A stretch of DNA of 61,593 nucleotides from Alistipes sp. (lineage in GTDB: Bacteria > Bacteroidota > Bacteroidia > Bacteroidales > Rikenellaceae): positions 1-61,593 of the forward strand of contig JAZOWM010000012.1 in NCBI GenBank assembly GCA_045659225.1, written 5' to 3'. Below the pieces are notes generated by a model. The model saw only the letters and a program-made list of their open reading frames with translations. It did no database searches and was not told where the DNA came from. Of this stretch, positions 46,362 through 56,820 are shown one piece after another (positions within the stretch are counted from its first letter, which is position 1; the number at the start of each line of letters is the position of its first letter). The position numbers and the translations under genes are program-made.

Positions 46362-47266
46362 GCTTGAATAAAAATATCGTTCATACTTGGAACCATCTCG
46401 GTGAACTGTCGCAACTCAACCGAGTCGTTGATGAGAGATACCACCGAGCGAATATCCTCGTTGCGCTCGATATGGAGTTTGAGCGAGGAGTAACCGGTCG
46501 AATTTTCATCGTGTGCAAGAATATTGCATACCCTTTGCAACTTTTCGGTAACAACCTTATTATCACCCTTATACTGTGCCAAGAAGATGTTTCCTCCGTG
46601 CTTGCGGCGGATATCCTCGACCTTGCCCGAAAGGATATTATGCGACTTGTTGATAAGGGTTATATGGTCGCAAATCTCCTCTACTGACGACATATTATGG
46701 GTCGAGAAAATAACCGTTGCACCCTCATCGCGCAATCGCAAAATCTCCTCTTTGAGGAGGTTGGCGTTTATAGGGTCGAAGCCCGAAAATGGCTCGTCAA
46801 AAATCAGCAACTCGGGTTTGTGAAGTACAGTAACGATAAACTGTATTTTTTGAGCCATACCCTTCGACAAATCTTCGACCTTCTTGTTCCACCACTCCTC
46901 GATACCAAAGCGGGTAAACCACTCACGCAGACGAAGCAAAGCTTCGTGACGCTTCAGACCTTTGAGCTGAGCAAGGAAGAGTGCCTGCTCGCCCACCTTC
47001 ATCTTGCGATAGAGGCCTCGCTCCTCAGGAAGGTAGCCAATGCGGAATATATCCTTTTGCTCAATTGGGCGACCATCAAAGAGTATTCTACCCTCATCAG
47101 GTAGGGTTATGCGGTTGATTGTGCGGATGAGCGTAGTCTTTCCGGCACCATTTGGACCAAGCAATCCATAGACCGAGCCTTGAGGTATCTCGATCGAGAC
47201 ATCGTCGAGTGCAGTGTGTGCCGAAAATCGTTTGGTTATATGTTCGGCTGTAATAATGTTGCTCAT
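46349..47266 (-). CDS. ABC-2 type ATP-binding protein (NatA/YhaQ-like)
   Basis: GPNGAGKTT, GYLPEERGLY, LSKGM, FDEPFSGFDP and PSMNDIF. Confidence 0.92.
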   Translation of the reverse strand: MSNIITAEHITKRFSAHTALDDVSIEIPQGSVYGLLGPNGAGKTTLIRTINRITLPDEGRILFDGRPIEQKDIFRIGYLPEERGLYRKMKVGEQALFLAQLKGLKRHEALLRLREWFTRFGIEEWWNKKVEDLSKGMAQKIQFIVTVLHKPELLIFDEPFSGFDPINANLLKEEILRLRDEGATVIFSTHNMSSVEEICDHITLINKSHNILSGKVEDIRRKHGGNIFLAQYKGDNKVVTEKLQRVCNILAHDENSTGYSSLKLHIERNEDIRSVVSLINDSVELRQFTEMVPSMNDIFIQAVRN

Positions 47267-47393
47267 ACACCAAAAAATTTATAAATCTTTACGCAAATTT
47301 AGTAAAAATTTTCTAACTTTGCGTAGAAAGTGTGGGCATATCTGACGAGATGCTCCGATATTTGACGCAGACAACAACTAAACAACTAAAAAT

Positions 47394-48431
47394 ATGGGAA
47401 AGAAAACTGTTTTGGTATCGGGTGGTGCAGGCTACATCGGCTCGCACACAGCCGTAGAGTTGATTAACGCAGGTTTGAATGTGGTGGTTGCTGACAACCT
47501 CTCGAACTCGGATATGTCGGGTGTTGAGGGTGTTCGCAAGATCACTGGCGTAGATGTTCCTTTCATCAACGTAGATTGCTGCGACAAGGAGGCTTTCAAG
47601 CGCGAGGTATTCGATAAGTATGAGTTCGACTCGGTAATCCACTTTGCTGCATACAAGGCTGTAGGTGAGTCGGTTGCAGATCCTATGAAGTACTACCGCA
47701 ACAATCTCGTTTCGTTTATGAACATCATCGACTTGATGCGCGAGACCAATCGCCACAACATTGTATTCTCGTCGTCGGCAACAGTCTATGGCGAGGCTGA
47801 CGAACTCCCTGTAACCGAGCAGACTCCGCGTAAGCCTGCAACATCGGCTTATGGAAACACCAAGCAGATGTGCGAGGATATCTTGCGCGACTCGGTGGCT
47901 GCATACGGAGGTGAGGGCTTGAAGGGTATCGCTCTTCGCTACTTCAACCCAATCGGTGCACACCCATCGGCACTTATCGGCGAGTTGCCACGCGGTGTAC
48001 CACAGAATCTCGTTCCATTTATCACCCAGACCGCAGCGGGCATTCGCGAGTGCCTCTCGGTATTTGGCGATGACTACAACACCCCTGATGGCTCGTGCTT
48101 GCGCGACTACATCGATGTTGTAGACTTGGCAAAGGCTCACGTTGTGGCTCTCCAGCGAATGATTGACGATAAGAACAAAGAGAACTACGAAATTTTCAAC
48201 ATTGGCACAGGTCGTGCAGTATCGGTGTTGGAGTTGGTGAACACATTCGAGCGTGTAAACGAGTTGAAGCTCAACTACAAGGTTGCACCACGCCGTCCAG
48301 GCGATGTTGTGGCAATTTGGGCTGACACCACCCACGCAAACGAGGAGCTCGGCTGGAAGGCAGAGCGCTCGCTCGACGATACTCTCCGTTCGGCTTGGGC
48401 TTGGGAGAAGAATGTTAGAGGCATTAAATAA
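47394..48431 (+). CDS. galE: UDP-glucose 4-epimerase
   Basis: GGAGYIGSH, HFAAYKAVGESV, FSSSATVYG, YGNTK and LRYFNPIGAH. Confidence 0.97.
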   Translation: MGKKTVLVSGGAGYIGSHTAVELINAGLNVVVADNLSNSDMSGVEGVRKITGVDVPFINVDCCDKEAFKREVFDKYEFDSVIHFAAYKAVGESVADPMKYYRNNLVSFMNIIDLMRETNRHNIVFSSSATVYGEADELPVTEQTPRKPATSAYGNTKQMCEDILRDSVAAYGGEGLKGIALRYFNPIGAHPSALIGELPRGVPQNLVPFITQTAAGIRECLSVFGDDYNTPDGSCLRDYIDVVDLAKAHVVALQRMIDDKNKENYEIFNIGTGRAVSVLELVNTFERVNELKLNYKVAPRRPGDVVAIWADTTHANEELGWKAERSLDDTLRSAWAWEKNVRGIK

Positions 48432-48442
48432 GAGTTTACAAT

Positions 48443-49321
48443 ATGGAGTACAAAATAAAGTTACAAGATTTTGCACCTGCATTGACCGATGCAGAGGTGG
48501 CGGCAGAGGTGGCTCGCATCAAGGAGCTTTCCACTCGCAACCACCGCAAGGAGGTCTACGCGTTTGCATTGTCGGCTGTCGATTTGACAACTTTGACTTG
48601 TAACGACTCGGTGGAGTCGGTGTCGGCATTCGCGCAGCGTGCGGTGGATTTCTACACCAAGTATCCCGACTTGGCAAATGTAGCCTCTATCTGCGTCTAC
48701 CCTTCATTCGTGGAGACCGTAGGTTTGGCTGTTGATGGCTCGCCAATGCGTATTACAAGCGTAGCGGCAGGCTTCCCAGCTTCGCAGACCTTCCTCGAGG
48801 TGAAGATGTTGGAGGTGGCTATGGCTATCGAAAATGGTGCTGACGAGGTGGATATAGTCATCAATGTTGGTAAGGTTTTGACTGGCAACTACGATGAGGC
48901 GGCAGCCGAGGTTGAGATTATTAAATCGGAGATGGGTAACGACACCATCCTGAAGGTTATCCTCGAAACTGGCGCATTGAAGTCGTCACAGCTCATTCAC
49001 GATGCCTCGTTGATTTCGATGTTGGCAGGTACCGACTTTATCAAGACTTCGACTGGAAAGATCGATGTTGCAGCAACCCCTGAGGCGGCTGTTGTGATGT
49101 GTCGTGCCATCAAGTTATTCCACGAAAAAACTGGCGTGAAGGTTGGTTTCAAGGCGGCTGGCGGTGTTCGCACCCCTGAGGATGCAGCGTTGTACTACAC
49201 CATCGTTGAGGAGATCTTGGGCGAGGAGTGGCTCACCACCGATTTGTTCCGCATCGGAGCATCTTCGGCAGCAAACAACCTACTCTCGGCCGTACTTGGC
49301 GAAGAGGTAAAGCACTTCTAA
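48443..49321 (+). CDS. deoC: Deoxyribose-phosphate aldolase
   Basis: DLTTL, GADEVDIV, LKVILETG, FIKTSTGK, KAAGG and FRIGASS. Confidence 0.95.
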   Translation: MEYKIKLQDFAPALTDAEVAAEVARIKELSTRNHRKEVYAFALSAVDLTTLTCNDSVESVSAFAQRAVDFYTKYPDLANVASICVYPSFVETVGLAVDGSPMRITSVAAGFPASQTFLEVKMLEVAMAIENGADEVDIVINVGKVLTGNYDEAAAEVEIIKSEMGNDTILKVILETGALKSSQLIHDASLISMLAGTDFIKTSTGKIDVAATPEAAVVMCRAIKLFHEKTGVKVGFKAAGGVRTPEDAALYYTIVEEILGEEWLTTDLFRIGASSAANNLLSAVLGEEVKHF

Positions 49322-49341
49322 TCGAAGATATAAACAAATAA

Positions 49342-49378
49342 AAGATGTCGGGCTGTTTTGCCCGACATCTTCTCTTTT
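49342..49378. terminator. Bidirectional terminator
   Basis: AAGATGTCGGGC/GCCCGACATCTT inverted repeat. Confidence 0.8.
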
Positions 49379-49391
49379 GTAGCTATTGAAA

Positions 49392-49967
49392 TTAGTTAGC
49401 CAATTCGCTGTTCTCGGCAAGGTTCACCTTCTCGAACTTGTAGCCAAGGCGGTGCAACTCCATTGCCGCGCCTATGCGGAACAAGACGCGAGTTGTGCGG
49501 GCAAAAATATAGAATGCCTTGGTGCTTTGCGCCTCGGTATCCTCGCGGCGAATATAGGTAATTGCCGTATTGGCACAACGGCGCATCATCTCCTCAATCT
49601 TGTGCGCCTCCTCCGAATCGAGCGATAAGCCCAAGATGTTCTGCACGATATGCTCGTCCATATCGTCAAAACCCTGCTCACCGTGCAACTTTTCGTACGC
49701 CTCAGTGGCATACTGCTCCCAATTCTCGTCCCAGCGATGTGCCACAGCCATACCCACATATCCTGCCCAGGCAATAGCCGCAGCAGGAAAGGCATTTACC
49801 TGCGGTACAGCGTCTGCCATATACTCGGGTGCATACTCCTTCCAACGCTCATCAATATCGTCAGATGCAAGGAGGGTGCCCTCCAACATCTTGTGTGATG
49901 TGGAGAGCTTCATCAACTCCTGCAAAAGGTTGTTCTCAAATGTATCAAAATACTCGGTCTGCTCCAT
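49392..49967 (-). CDS. Hypothetical protein (all-helical, acidic)
   Basis: 191-aa ORF co-oriented with upstream genes and with host-like codon usage; no motif recognised. Confidence 0.7.
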   Translation of the reverse strand: MEQTEYFDTFENNLLQELMKLSTSHKMLEGTLLASDDIDERWKEYAPEYMADAVPQVNAFPAAAIAWAGYVGMAVAHRWDENWEQYATEAYEKLHGEQGFDDMDEHIVQNILGLSLDSEEAHKIEEMMRRCANTAITYIRREDTEAQSTKAFYIFARTTRVLFRIGAAMELHRLGYKFEKVNLAENSELAN

Positions 49968-49979
49968 TATAATCTTATA

Positions 49980-52439
49980 TTAATATTTTACCTGCTGTGT
50001 GAGGTGAATCTCCTCCGATGACGAACCTACATAGACTGTCACATCCTTCGATGCATCTACCCAGTTGTGCGAGAAGATGTCGTAGTATGCCAACCCATTG
50101 TAAGGCACCTCAATGGCAAAGTGGTGGGTTTCACCGCTCTTGATCTCCACCTTATCGTAGCCCTTCAACTCCTTCACAGGGTGTGGCACACTCTTCTCGT
50201 TGAAGCCTACATAGACCTGCGCAACCTCTGCGCCATCCATCTTGCCCGTGTTGGTAACATCAAACTCCACAAGATAACCATTGGTCGAAGGCGAAACCTT
50301 GAGGTTGCTATACTTGAATGTTGTGTAGCTCAAACCAAATCCGAATGGGAAGAGAGGCTTAACCTCCTTGCGGTCGTAGCCACGATAGCCGAGGAATACA
50401 CCCTCCTTATAATTTACGCGAAGATAAGGGCTCTTACGAGTATCTACATCGAGGTTGTGATAGTAGCTACCGTGGGTTGGATTATCCTCCAATTTACGCT
50501 CGATAGAGATAGGCAAGTGTCCACTTGGCGAGAGCTTACCCGAAATAATCTCGGCTATAGCCTGACCGCCCTTCTGACCTGGATACCAAGCCAACAAAAC
50601 AGCCTTTGCGGAGTCTAACCAGCTCTCCATCTCGAAGCCACCACCCGCATTTACAACCACAATCACGTTAGGGTTGATAGCGGCAACCTTTTTGATAAAG
50701 TCGCCCTGCTCGTACGGCAACTCGAAGGTACGATCACTATTCTCGCGCTCGGTCGAAGAGTCGAAACCTACACATACAACCACCGCATCTGCCCCCTTGA
50801 ATGTCTTGGCGTTCTGATTGATATAGCCCTTGTTGTAGATTTGGAATGCCACCATAGCATCGCTCGAGTTGTCGAAATACTCGATGCGAATATTATACTT
50901 CTTATTCGCATTAGCCTTGAAGAGGTAGGTACGCTTAGTTCTGGCGTGGTTGCGCCAATCGGAGATAACCTCCTCGTCATCGATAAACATACGATAGCCA
51001 TCGTCACCCGAGAGCTCGAAGAGAAGTTCCTCGTTCTGCTTGCTGCAGAAGACTCCACTCCAACGAATCGAGAAGCCATCCATCTTAACAACACCACCCT
51101 TAGGCGATCCCTTCTTCCAATTGTGACGGATATACTTTGCTGTGTAGCTCCAAACCGCCTCGCCCGAGCAGTTCTTGGTATTGAAGCACTCCGCCTTCAA
51201 ACCTGGAGTTTTTAGATCTGACGAGGTATAGAAGTTTTTCTCCAATGAGTAGGAGAAAATATCATCTGTCGAGATTGTTTTGTAGCTCTCTACCTGCTGC
51301 AATCCCTCCGTTACCGAGCAGGTCTCGAATGGATTTACCCAGCCACTACCACCTCCTGTAGGAATTGTCTTAGATTGAACACCCGTAACAGCAACCTTGC
51401 CCTTTTCGAGTGGGAGAATACCATCATTCTTGAGCATTACAACGCCATTGCGAGCAAGTTCGAGCGATGCACTATCCGAGAATGGGTTGCGCTCACCAAT
51501 CTTCTCATCTTTTTGAGGGCGGTCGAAGAAGCCGAAGGCGATAAGAGTCTGGAGAATATTCTGCACCTTGGTATCGATAGTACGAACATCCACAACACCA
51601 TTTGCGATTGCCTCTGCGAGGTGTTTGTAGTTCATCACGCGACCTGATGGCATCTCGAGGTCGAGACCTCCATTTGCCGAGTTGATAGCCGAGTAGGTTG
51701 CTGTCCAGTCCGACATCAAAATACCCTCAAAACCCCACATATTACGCAAAACATCGATGTTGAGGTAGGTATTTTCGGTTGCGTGCACCGAGTTGATAAG
51801 GTTGTATGATGCCATCAACGAACCAACCTGAGCCTCCTCTACTGCTGCACGGAATGCAGGGAGGTAGATCTCGTGCAAGGTACGCTCATCTACATCTGAC
51901 GAGACGTGGTGGCGATTCCACTCTTGGTTGTTCAAAGCGTAGTGCTTGATACAAGCCATAACACCCTGGCTCTGTACTCCCTTGATATATTGAACAGCGG
52001 TCTGGGCTGCCAAGTATGGATCCTCGCCGAAATACTCGAAGTTACGACCACAAAGAGGCGAGCGGTAGATATTTACACCTGGACCGAGCAAGATATGCAC
52101 ACCGCGTGCGCGACAATCCTGACCAAGACCTACACCCATATTGTGAACAGCCTCCTTGTTCCAAGTTGCAGCTACGGCAATACCCGAAGCAAACATTGTG
52201 CTCTTGGTGTTGTTGCGAACACCCTGCGGACCATCAGCCATACGAATCTCGGGGATACCGAGTCGCTCGATAGGGCGGATATAGAAGCGGTTGTAACCTC
52301 CTATGTAGTCGAGTTTCTCCTCGAGAGTCATCTTCGATACAAGCTCGGCAGCTCGGCGCTTTGCCTCATCGGTAATCTGCTGTGCCGAGAGGGTTGCAAC
52401 AGTCAATATACCGCACAACAAAAAGGTTAATTTTCTCAT
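49980..52439 (-). CDS. GH3 beta-glucosidase with PA14 and Fn3 domains
   Basis: MADGPQG, GRNFEYFGEDP, KHYALN and MSDW; PA14 insert FSIRWSG..GDDG.R; FPFGFGLSYT and ELKG. Confidence 0.94.
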   Translation of the reverse strand: MRKLTFLLCGILTVATLSAQQITDEAKRRAAELVSKMTLEEKLDYIGGYNRFYIRPIERLGIPEIRMADGPQGVRNNTKSTMFASGIAVAATWNKEAVHNMGVGLGQDCRARGVHILLGPGVNIYRSPLCGRNFEYFGEDPYLAAQTAVQYIKGVQSQGVMACIKHYALNNQEWNRHHVSSDVDERTLHEIYLPAFRAAVEEAQVGSLMASYNLINSVHATENTYLNIDVLRNMWGFEGILMSDWTATYSAINSANGGLDLEMPSGRVMNYKHLAEAIANGVVDVRTIDTKVQNILQTLIAFGFFDRPQKDEKIGERNPFSDSASLELARNGVVMLKNDGILPLEKGKVAVTGVQSKTIPTGGGSGWVNPFETCSVTEGLQQVESYKTISTDDIFSYSLEKNFYTSSDLKTPGLKAECFNTKNCSGEAVWSYTAKYIRHNWKKGSPKGGVVKMDGFSIRWSGVFCSKQNEELLFELSGDDGYRMFIDDEEVISDWRNHARTKRTYLFKANANKKYNIRIEYFDNSSDAMVAFQIYNKGYINQNAKTFKGADAVVVCVGFDSSTERENSDRTFELPYEQGDFIKKVAAINPNVIVVVNAGGGFEMESWLDSAKAVLLAWYPGQKGGQAIAEIISGKLSPSGHLPISIERKLEDNPTHGSYYHNLDVDTRKSPYLRVNYKEGVFLGYRGYDRKEVKPLFPFGFGLSYTTFKYSNLKVSPSTNGYLVEFDVTNTGKMDGAEVAQVYVGFNEKSVPHPVKELKGYDKVEIKSGETHHFAIEVPYNGLAYYDIFSHNWVDASKDVTVYVGSSSEEIHLTQQVKY

Positions 52440-52452
52440 TTTTTATTCTTAT

Positions 52453-53676
52453 TTAGTTGTTCTTTCCAATAGCTAATCTATCTGTTACCACAGCACAAGC
52501 GGCATCACCAGTAATATTCAAAACGGTGCGAATCATATCGAACACACGGTCCAATGCATAGAGGAGTGGTAGACCTTCGATCGGAATACCCGCTGCAGCC
52601 AACACCGCCACAACCATCAAGGTAGGACCTGGCACGCCCGCCTGACCAATACTTCCGAGCGAGGCGGTAACCGTAATCGCAACATATTGAGCCATACCAA
52701 GCTCAATGCCATAGAACTGTGCGAAGAAGAGGGCCACCAAGCTGTAATATATGGCATTGCCCGTCATATTGATAGTTGCACCAAGTGGCACAACAAAGCC
52801 TGTAACCTGCTTCGATACTCCCATATTGTCGCAGGCTCCCATAGTTACAGGAAGAGTTGCCATTGACGAGGCAGTCGAGAAGGCAACAATCTGCGGACGG
52901 AACATCTCGCGGAAGAAGGTTTTAATACCCACTTTAGAGAGAAGAGCTACGGTCGAAGGGTAGATGACAAGACCCATAACCAACACCGCTAAGAGATTTA
53001 CCCACAAAAGGTTAACAACCTTGACAAGAACATCAAAACCGAATGTTCCAACCGCCTCTGCCATCAGTCCAAATACACCTATCGGAGCCACCAACATCAC
53101 CTTACCGATGCACCAAATCAAGGCTTCGAGCAGATAGTTCATTCCATTGATAACCTTAGAACGCTTCTCCTCGTTGAGGGCGGCGATACCAAAGCCCACA
53201 AACAATCCGAATACAATAATCTGCAAGATGTTACCCTCGGCAAACGACTGCATAGGATTTGCTGGTATCATTCCTATAACCGTATCCCAGAACGAGATAT
53301 TGGTCGAAGCGGCCTGCTCCGATGAGGCCGATGCCATAATCGAAGCGACACCTTCGGCACTCAATCCTGCTCCTGGCTTAAATATAAGACCTGCGATAAT
53401 TGCAAGAACAATCGAAACTACGGTTGTAAGTAGGATATTTCCGATACTCACAACGCCAATCTTTCCCGCCGAACGGCTACTACCGAGCGAAGCTGCTCCC
53501 GAAATAATCGACACCGCAACCAACGGCACCACCAACATTTTGATAAGTTGAATGAAGAGTGTTCCGAGCGGAGCAAACATTGTTGCCTTCTCACCCATTA
53601 CAACACCCGCAACGACTCCTGCAACCATCGCTACAAGAATCCAAAGTCCAAGATTTTTAACCAATTTTTTCATCAT
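52453..53676 (-). CDS. Dicarboxylate/amino acid:cation symporter (DAACS)
   Basis: IKMLVVPLV, AFSTASSMATLP, PLGATINMTG and DM.RTVLNITGD. Start placed at ATG 53676. Confidence 0.92.
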   Translation of the reverse strand: MMKKLVKNLGLWILVAMVAGVVAGVVMGEKATMFAPLGTLFIQLIKMLVVPLVAVSIISGAASLGSSRSAGKIGVVSIGNILLTTVVSIVLAIIAGLIFKPGAGLSAEGVASIMASASSEQAASTNISFWDTVIGMIPANPMQSFAEGNILQIIVFGLFVGFGIAALNEEKRSKVINGMNYLLEALIWCIGKVMLVAPIGVFGLMAEAVGTFGFDVLVKVVNLLWVNLLAVLVMGLVIYPSTVALLSKVGIKTFFREMFRPQIVAFSTASSMATLPVTMGACDNMGVSKQVTGFVVPLGATINMTGNAIYYSLVALFFAQFYGIELGMAQYVAITVTASLGSIGQAGVPGPTLMVVAVLAAAGIPIEGLPLLYALDRVFDMIRTVLNITGDAACAVVTDRLAIGKNN

Positions 53677-53739
53677 AGTGCAAAGATAATAAATTTTTAC
53701 CAAAAAAATTACTATCTTTACATTCGGAATAGTGGCAAA

Positions 53740-54558
53740 ATGAATAGATTGACAAAACATACCGTTCCTCGGGTGGTGGTGATTGCTATAGTTATCGCCC
53801 TTGGTGGTGCGCAATGGCTCTTTGGGGAGTTCCCTCTCTATTTTTTTGCTATGCCAATGAATCTGCTGCTTGGAGCGCTATGGCTTGCTCTCCTTTGGGA
53901 GGGGTATCGCCATCGTGCAACCTCTGCCACCATACAATATCTCCTCTCTGCCGAGGCTACATATACAGCACTGGCTCTTGCAGCCATACTATCGGCTGTG
54001 CTGGGCCTGCAGAGCAATCCTGCAACAACATCGTGGCTCACAATTGGAGGCTTTCTCTATATACAAACCGTTCTAACTCTCGTGATTCTACGCGGTTGGC
54101 GCAACGATAGGGGAGTGCGCTGGCGCTTTCTCGCAACCCATTGTGGATTGTGGTTGGCGGTAACATCAGCTCTACTTGGGGCCCCCGACAAAGAGGTTCT
54201 ACGCACACAAGTGGGCAAGGAGCCAACTCGAGAGGTGGTAAATGAACAAGGAGCAAAGATCTATCTCGACTACGAACTTCGCCTTGATGATTTTGTGGTG
54301 GAGCACACCGAAAGTGGCACACCAGAGATGTTCCGCGCAACTGTTGCGATAGACGAGAAGATTGTTGATATTGAGGTAAACAGCCCATACCACAAAGAGT
54401 ATGGCGAGGATATTTACTTGGTGAGCTATAGCCCCGAGGGGTGTGTGTTGCAGATTGTGCGAGAGCCGTGGCGTGTGGTTACCACCATCGGCATTGCGCT
54501 GCTCTTGCTCGGAGCGTTTATGTTGTTTTTGCATGGTTTTGGAGGGGAAAAACGATGA
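53740..54558 (+). CDS. Cytochrome c biogenesis protein, ResB/CcsB-like
   Basis: TM helices, conserved-type H in THCG, IEVNSP and YLVSY; ATGA overlap with ccsA. Confidence 0.7.
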   Translation: MNRLTKHTVPRVVVIAIVIALGGAQWLFGEFPLYFFAMPMNLLLGALWLALLWEGYRHRATSATIQYLLSAEATYTALALAAILSAVLGLQSNPATTSWLTIGGFLYIQTVLTLVILRGWRNDRGVRWRFLATHCGLWLAVTSALLGAPDKEVLRTQVGKEPTREVVNEQGAKIYLDYELRLDDFVVEHTESGTPEMFRATVAIDEKIVDIEVNSPYHKEYGEDIYLVSYSPEGCVLQIVREPWRVVTTIGIALLLLGAFMLFLHGFGGEKR

Positions 54559-55337
54559 TTGCAGGATGGAACATATTTCCTTGCTTTGCTGCAGCGACTG
54601 CTCTTTTGGCAGTTGTGGCATCGATAGGCGCACTGTGTAATCGCCGAACTCTTGCCCTTATCACCTCAACACTCTCGGTGGTAGTGCTCTCGGGTTTTGT
54701 GGCGATGTTGTGGATCTCGCTCGAACGCCCTCCAATGCGTACTATGGGAGAAACGCGCTTGTGGTACTCATTGTTCCTGCTTATTGCAGGTGTGGCAACC
54801 TACGCAAGGTGGCGTTTTAAGTGGGTGTTGAGTTTCTCGACAATGCTTGCTACGGTCTTTATGGTGATAAATTGCCTACGCCCCGAGTTGCACGACAAGG
54901 GTTTGATGCCTGCGTTGCAGAGTGCGTGGTTTATGCCTCACGTGGCGGTCTATATGTTCTCGTATGCGTTGCTTGGAGTTGCGACACTTGTGGCGTTATA
55001 CTACCTCGTCAAGCGAGATGAGAAGGTGTTGTCTGCCATCGAAAATCTGCTCGGCGGAGGCTTAGCCCTCTTTACGGTGGGAATGCTTACAGGTGCGTTG
55101 TGGGCAAAGCAGGCGTGGGGAGAGTATTGGAGCTGGGATGCCAAGGAGGCTTGGGCTGCGGCAACTTGGTTTATCTACTTGGGTGCTATCCACCTGCGAT
55201 TGATGCGACCTCGCGCGGTTAAAACGTTTTGTACTTTGCTGATTGTGGGATTTCTCTCGTTGCAGATGTGCTGGTATGGCGTAAACTATCTCCCATCGGC
55301 ACAACAAAGTGTTCACTCATATAATCGAAATAATTAA
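54555..55337 (+). CDS. ccsA: Cytochrome c assembly protein CcsA (system II)
   Basis: RPPMRTMGET, LQS.WF.PHV and the WWD motif GALWAKQAWGEYWSWDAKE. Confidence 0.9.
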   Translation: MIAGWNIFPCFAAATALLAVVASIGALCNRRTLALITSTLSVVVLSGFVAMLWISLERPPMRTMGETRLWYSLFLLIAGVATYARWRFKWVLSFSTMLATVFMVINCLRPELHDKGLMPALQSAWFMPHVAVYMFSYALLGVATLVALYYLVKRDEKVLSAIENLLGGGLALFTVGMLTGALWAKQAWGEYWSWDAKEAWAAATWFIYLGAIHLRLMRPRAVKTFCTLLIVGFLSLQMCWYGVNYLPSAQQSVHSYNRNN

Positions 55338-55357
55338 CCATTTTAAACAAAGTTGTT

Positions 55358-56728
55358 ATGAAGAAGAAATTACTCTTTTTGGCTTTGGTACTTGCCGTTG
55401 CTGTGGTGGCAATCTTCCGCATCTCGGAGCGTGTACCTTCAGCGGAGTATCCGCTCAATAAGCGTGTTGCCGCTATCTTCGTTAAGGGAGGTTGCTTGGA
55501 TTGCCACTCGGCAAATCCAGAGTTGCCAGCCTACTTCAAACTCCCAGTTGTGGGCAAGGTTATGAAGCAGGATGTAGACGAGGGCTATCGCGCCTTCGAT
55601 ATGGAGCCAATGTGGAAAGTGCTCGAATCGGGCGAGGGTGCACTCAACCCTGTGGATATGGCAAAGGTCGAGAAGGTTGCACTCGACAAGCGTATGCCTA
55701 TGGCGAAGTATTACCTCGTACACTGGGGTAGCCGTATGACCAACGCTAAGCGCGATCTTATTCTCGAGTGGGTTGCTGCATACCGCGCTGCTCATTACAA
55801 CGATGGTGTGTGTGGTTGCGAGCCAGTTCGCCCAATCGATTTGTCCTTGCCTTACGATGAGGCGAAGGCTGCTTTGGGCTTCAAGCTCTATCACGACACT
55901 CGTCTTTCGGTGGATAATACCGTATCGTGTGCTTCGTGCCACGGCTTGAAGACCGCAGGTGTGGATAATAAGCAGTATTCCGAGGGTGTCGAGGGTAAAC
56001 TCGGTGGCGTGAATGCTCCAACCGTTTTCAATGCTGTCTACAACTTCGTACAGTTCTGGGATGGTCGCGCCGTAACACTTGCTGACCAGGCTGCAGGACC
56101 TCCAGTAAACCCAGTGGAGATGGCCTCGCCAAACTTCGATGCTATCGTTGCAAAGCTCAACAAAGACCGAGCATTCGTGCGTGAGTTTAAGAAGGTCCAT
56201 CCAGAGGGTCTTTCGCAGGCTACAATTACCGATGCTATCGAGCAGTTCGAGCGCACTCTTATCACCCCTAACTCGCGCTTCGACAAATACTTGCGTGGCG
56301 ATAAGGAGGCCATCACAGCCGAGGAGTTGCAGGGTTACGAACTCTTCAAGAAGTACAACTGCGCAACTTGCCATGTAGGCAAGAACCTCGGTGGCGAGTC
56401 GTACGAGTTGATGGGCTTGCGTAAGCACTACTTCGCAGATCGCGGCTTGGCTTTGACCGAGGAGGATAATGGTCGCTTCAAGCAGACGGGTGTGGAGCGC
56501 GATCGTCACCGCTTCAAGGTACCAGGTTTGCGAAATGTGGCACTCACTTGGCCATACTACCACGATGGCACTCGCACCTCACTCAAGGAGGCTGTATGCG
56601 ATATGGGAACCTACCAGTCGGGCGTAGCCTTGACGGACGAGGAGGAGGATTTGATTGTTGCATTCCTCAACACCCTCACTGGCGAGTACAACGGAGCGTT
56701 GCTCACCAACGAGAATGTGCAGAAATAG
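55358..56728 (+). CDS. Tri-heme cytochrome c peroxidase (YhjA/Ccp type)
   Basis: Three CXXCH motifs (CLDCH, CASCH, CATCH), QFWDGRA and FKVPGLRNVALTWPYYHDG. Confidence 0.92.
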   Translation: MKKKLLFLALVLAVAVVAIFRISERVPSAEYPLNKRVAAIFVKGGCLDCHSANPELPAYFKLPVVGKVMKQDVDEGYRAFDMEPMWKVLESGEGALNPVDMAKVEKVALDKRMPMAKYYLVHWGSRMTNAKRDLILEWVAAYRAAHYNDGVCGCEPVRPIDLSLPYDEAKAALGFKLYHDTRLSVDNTVSCASCHGLKTAGVDNKQYSEGVEGKLGGVNAPTVFNAVYNFVQFWDGRAVTLADQAAGPPVNPVEMASPNFDAIVAKLNKDRAFVREFKKVHPEGLSQATITDAIEQFERTLITPNSRFDKYLRGDKEAITAEELQGYELFKKYNCATCHVGKNLGGESYELMGLRKHYFADRGLALTEEDNGRFKQTGVERDRHRFKVPGLRNVALTWPYYHDGTRTSLKEAVCDMGTYQSGVALTDEEEDLIVAFLNTLTGEYNGALLTNENVQK

Positions 56729-56765
56729 TTGAATGTTAGTCATTTGCTAACAAAAAAACACACAA

Positions 56766-56797
56766 AAAGATGGGTATCGAAAATGATACCCGTCTTT
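56766..56797. terminator. Bidirectional terminator
   Basis: AAAGATGGGTATC/GATACCCGTCTTT inverted repeat. Confidence 0.75.
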
Positions 56798-56820
56798 CGT
56801 TTTGCGTTTATTGCTCTGTT

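Noticed and set aside
53548-53814. Extended N-termini in the ORF track (also 2780, 23466, 33743, 54441, 58840)
   Set aside because: The extensions overlap promoter boxes or neighbouring genes; downstream starts fit better.
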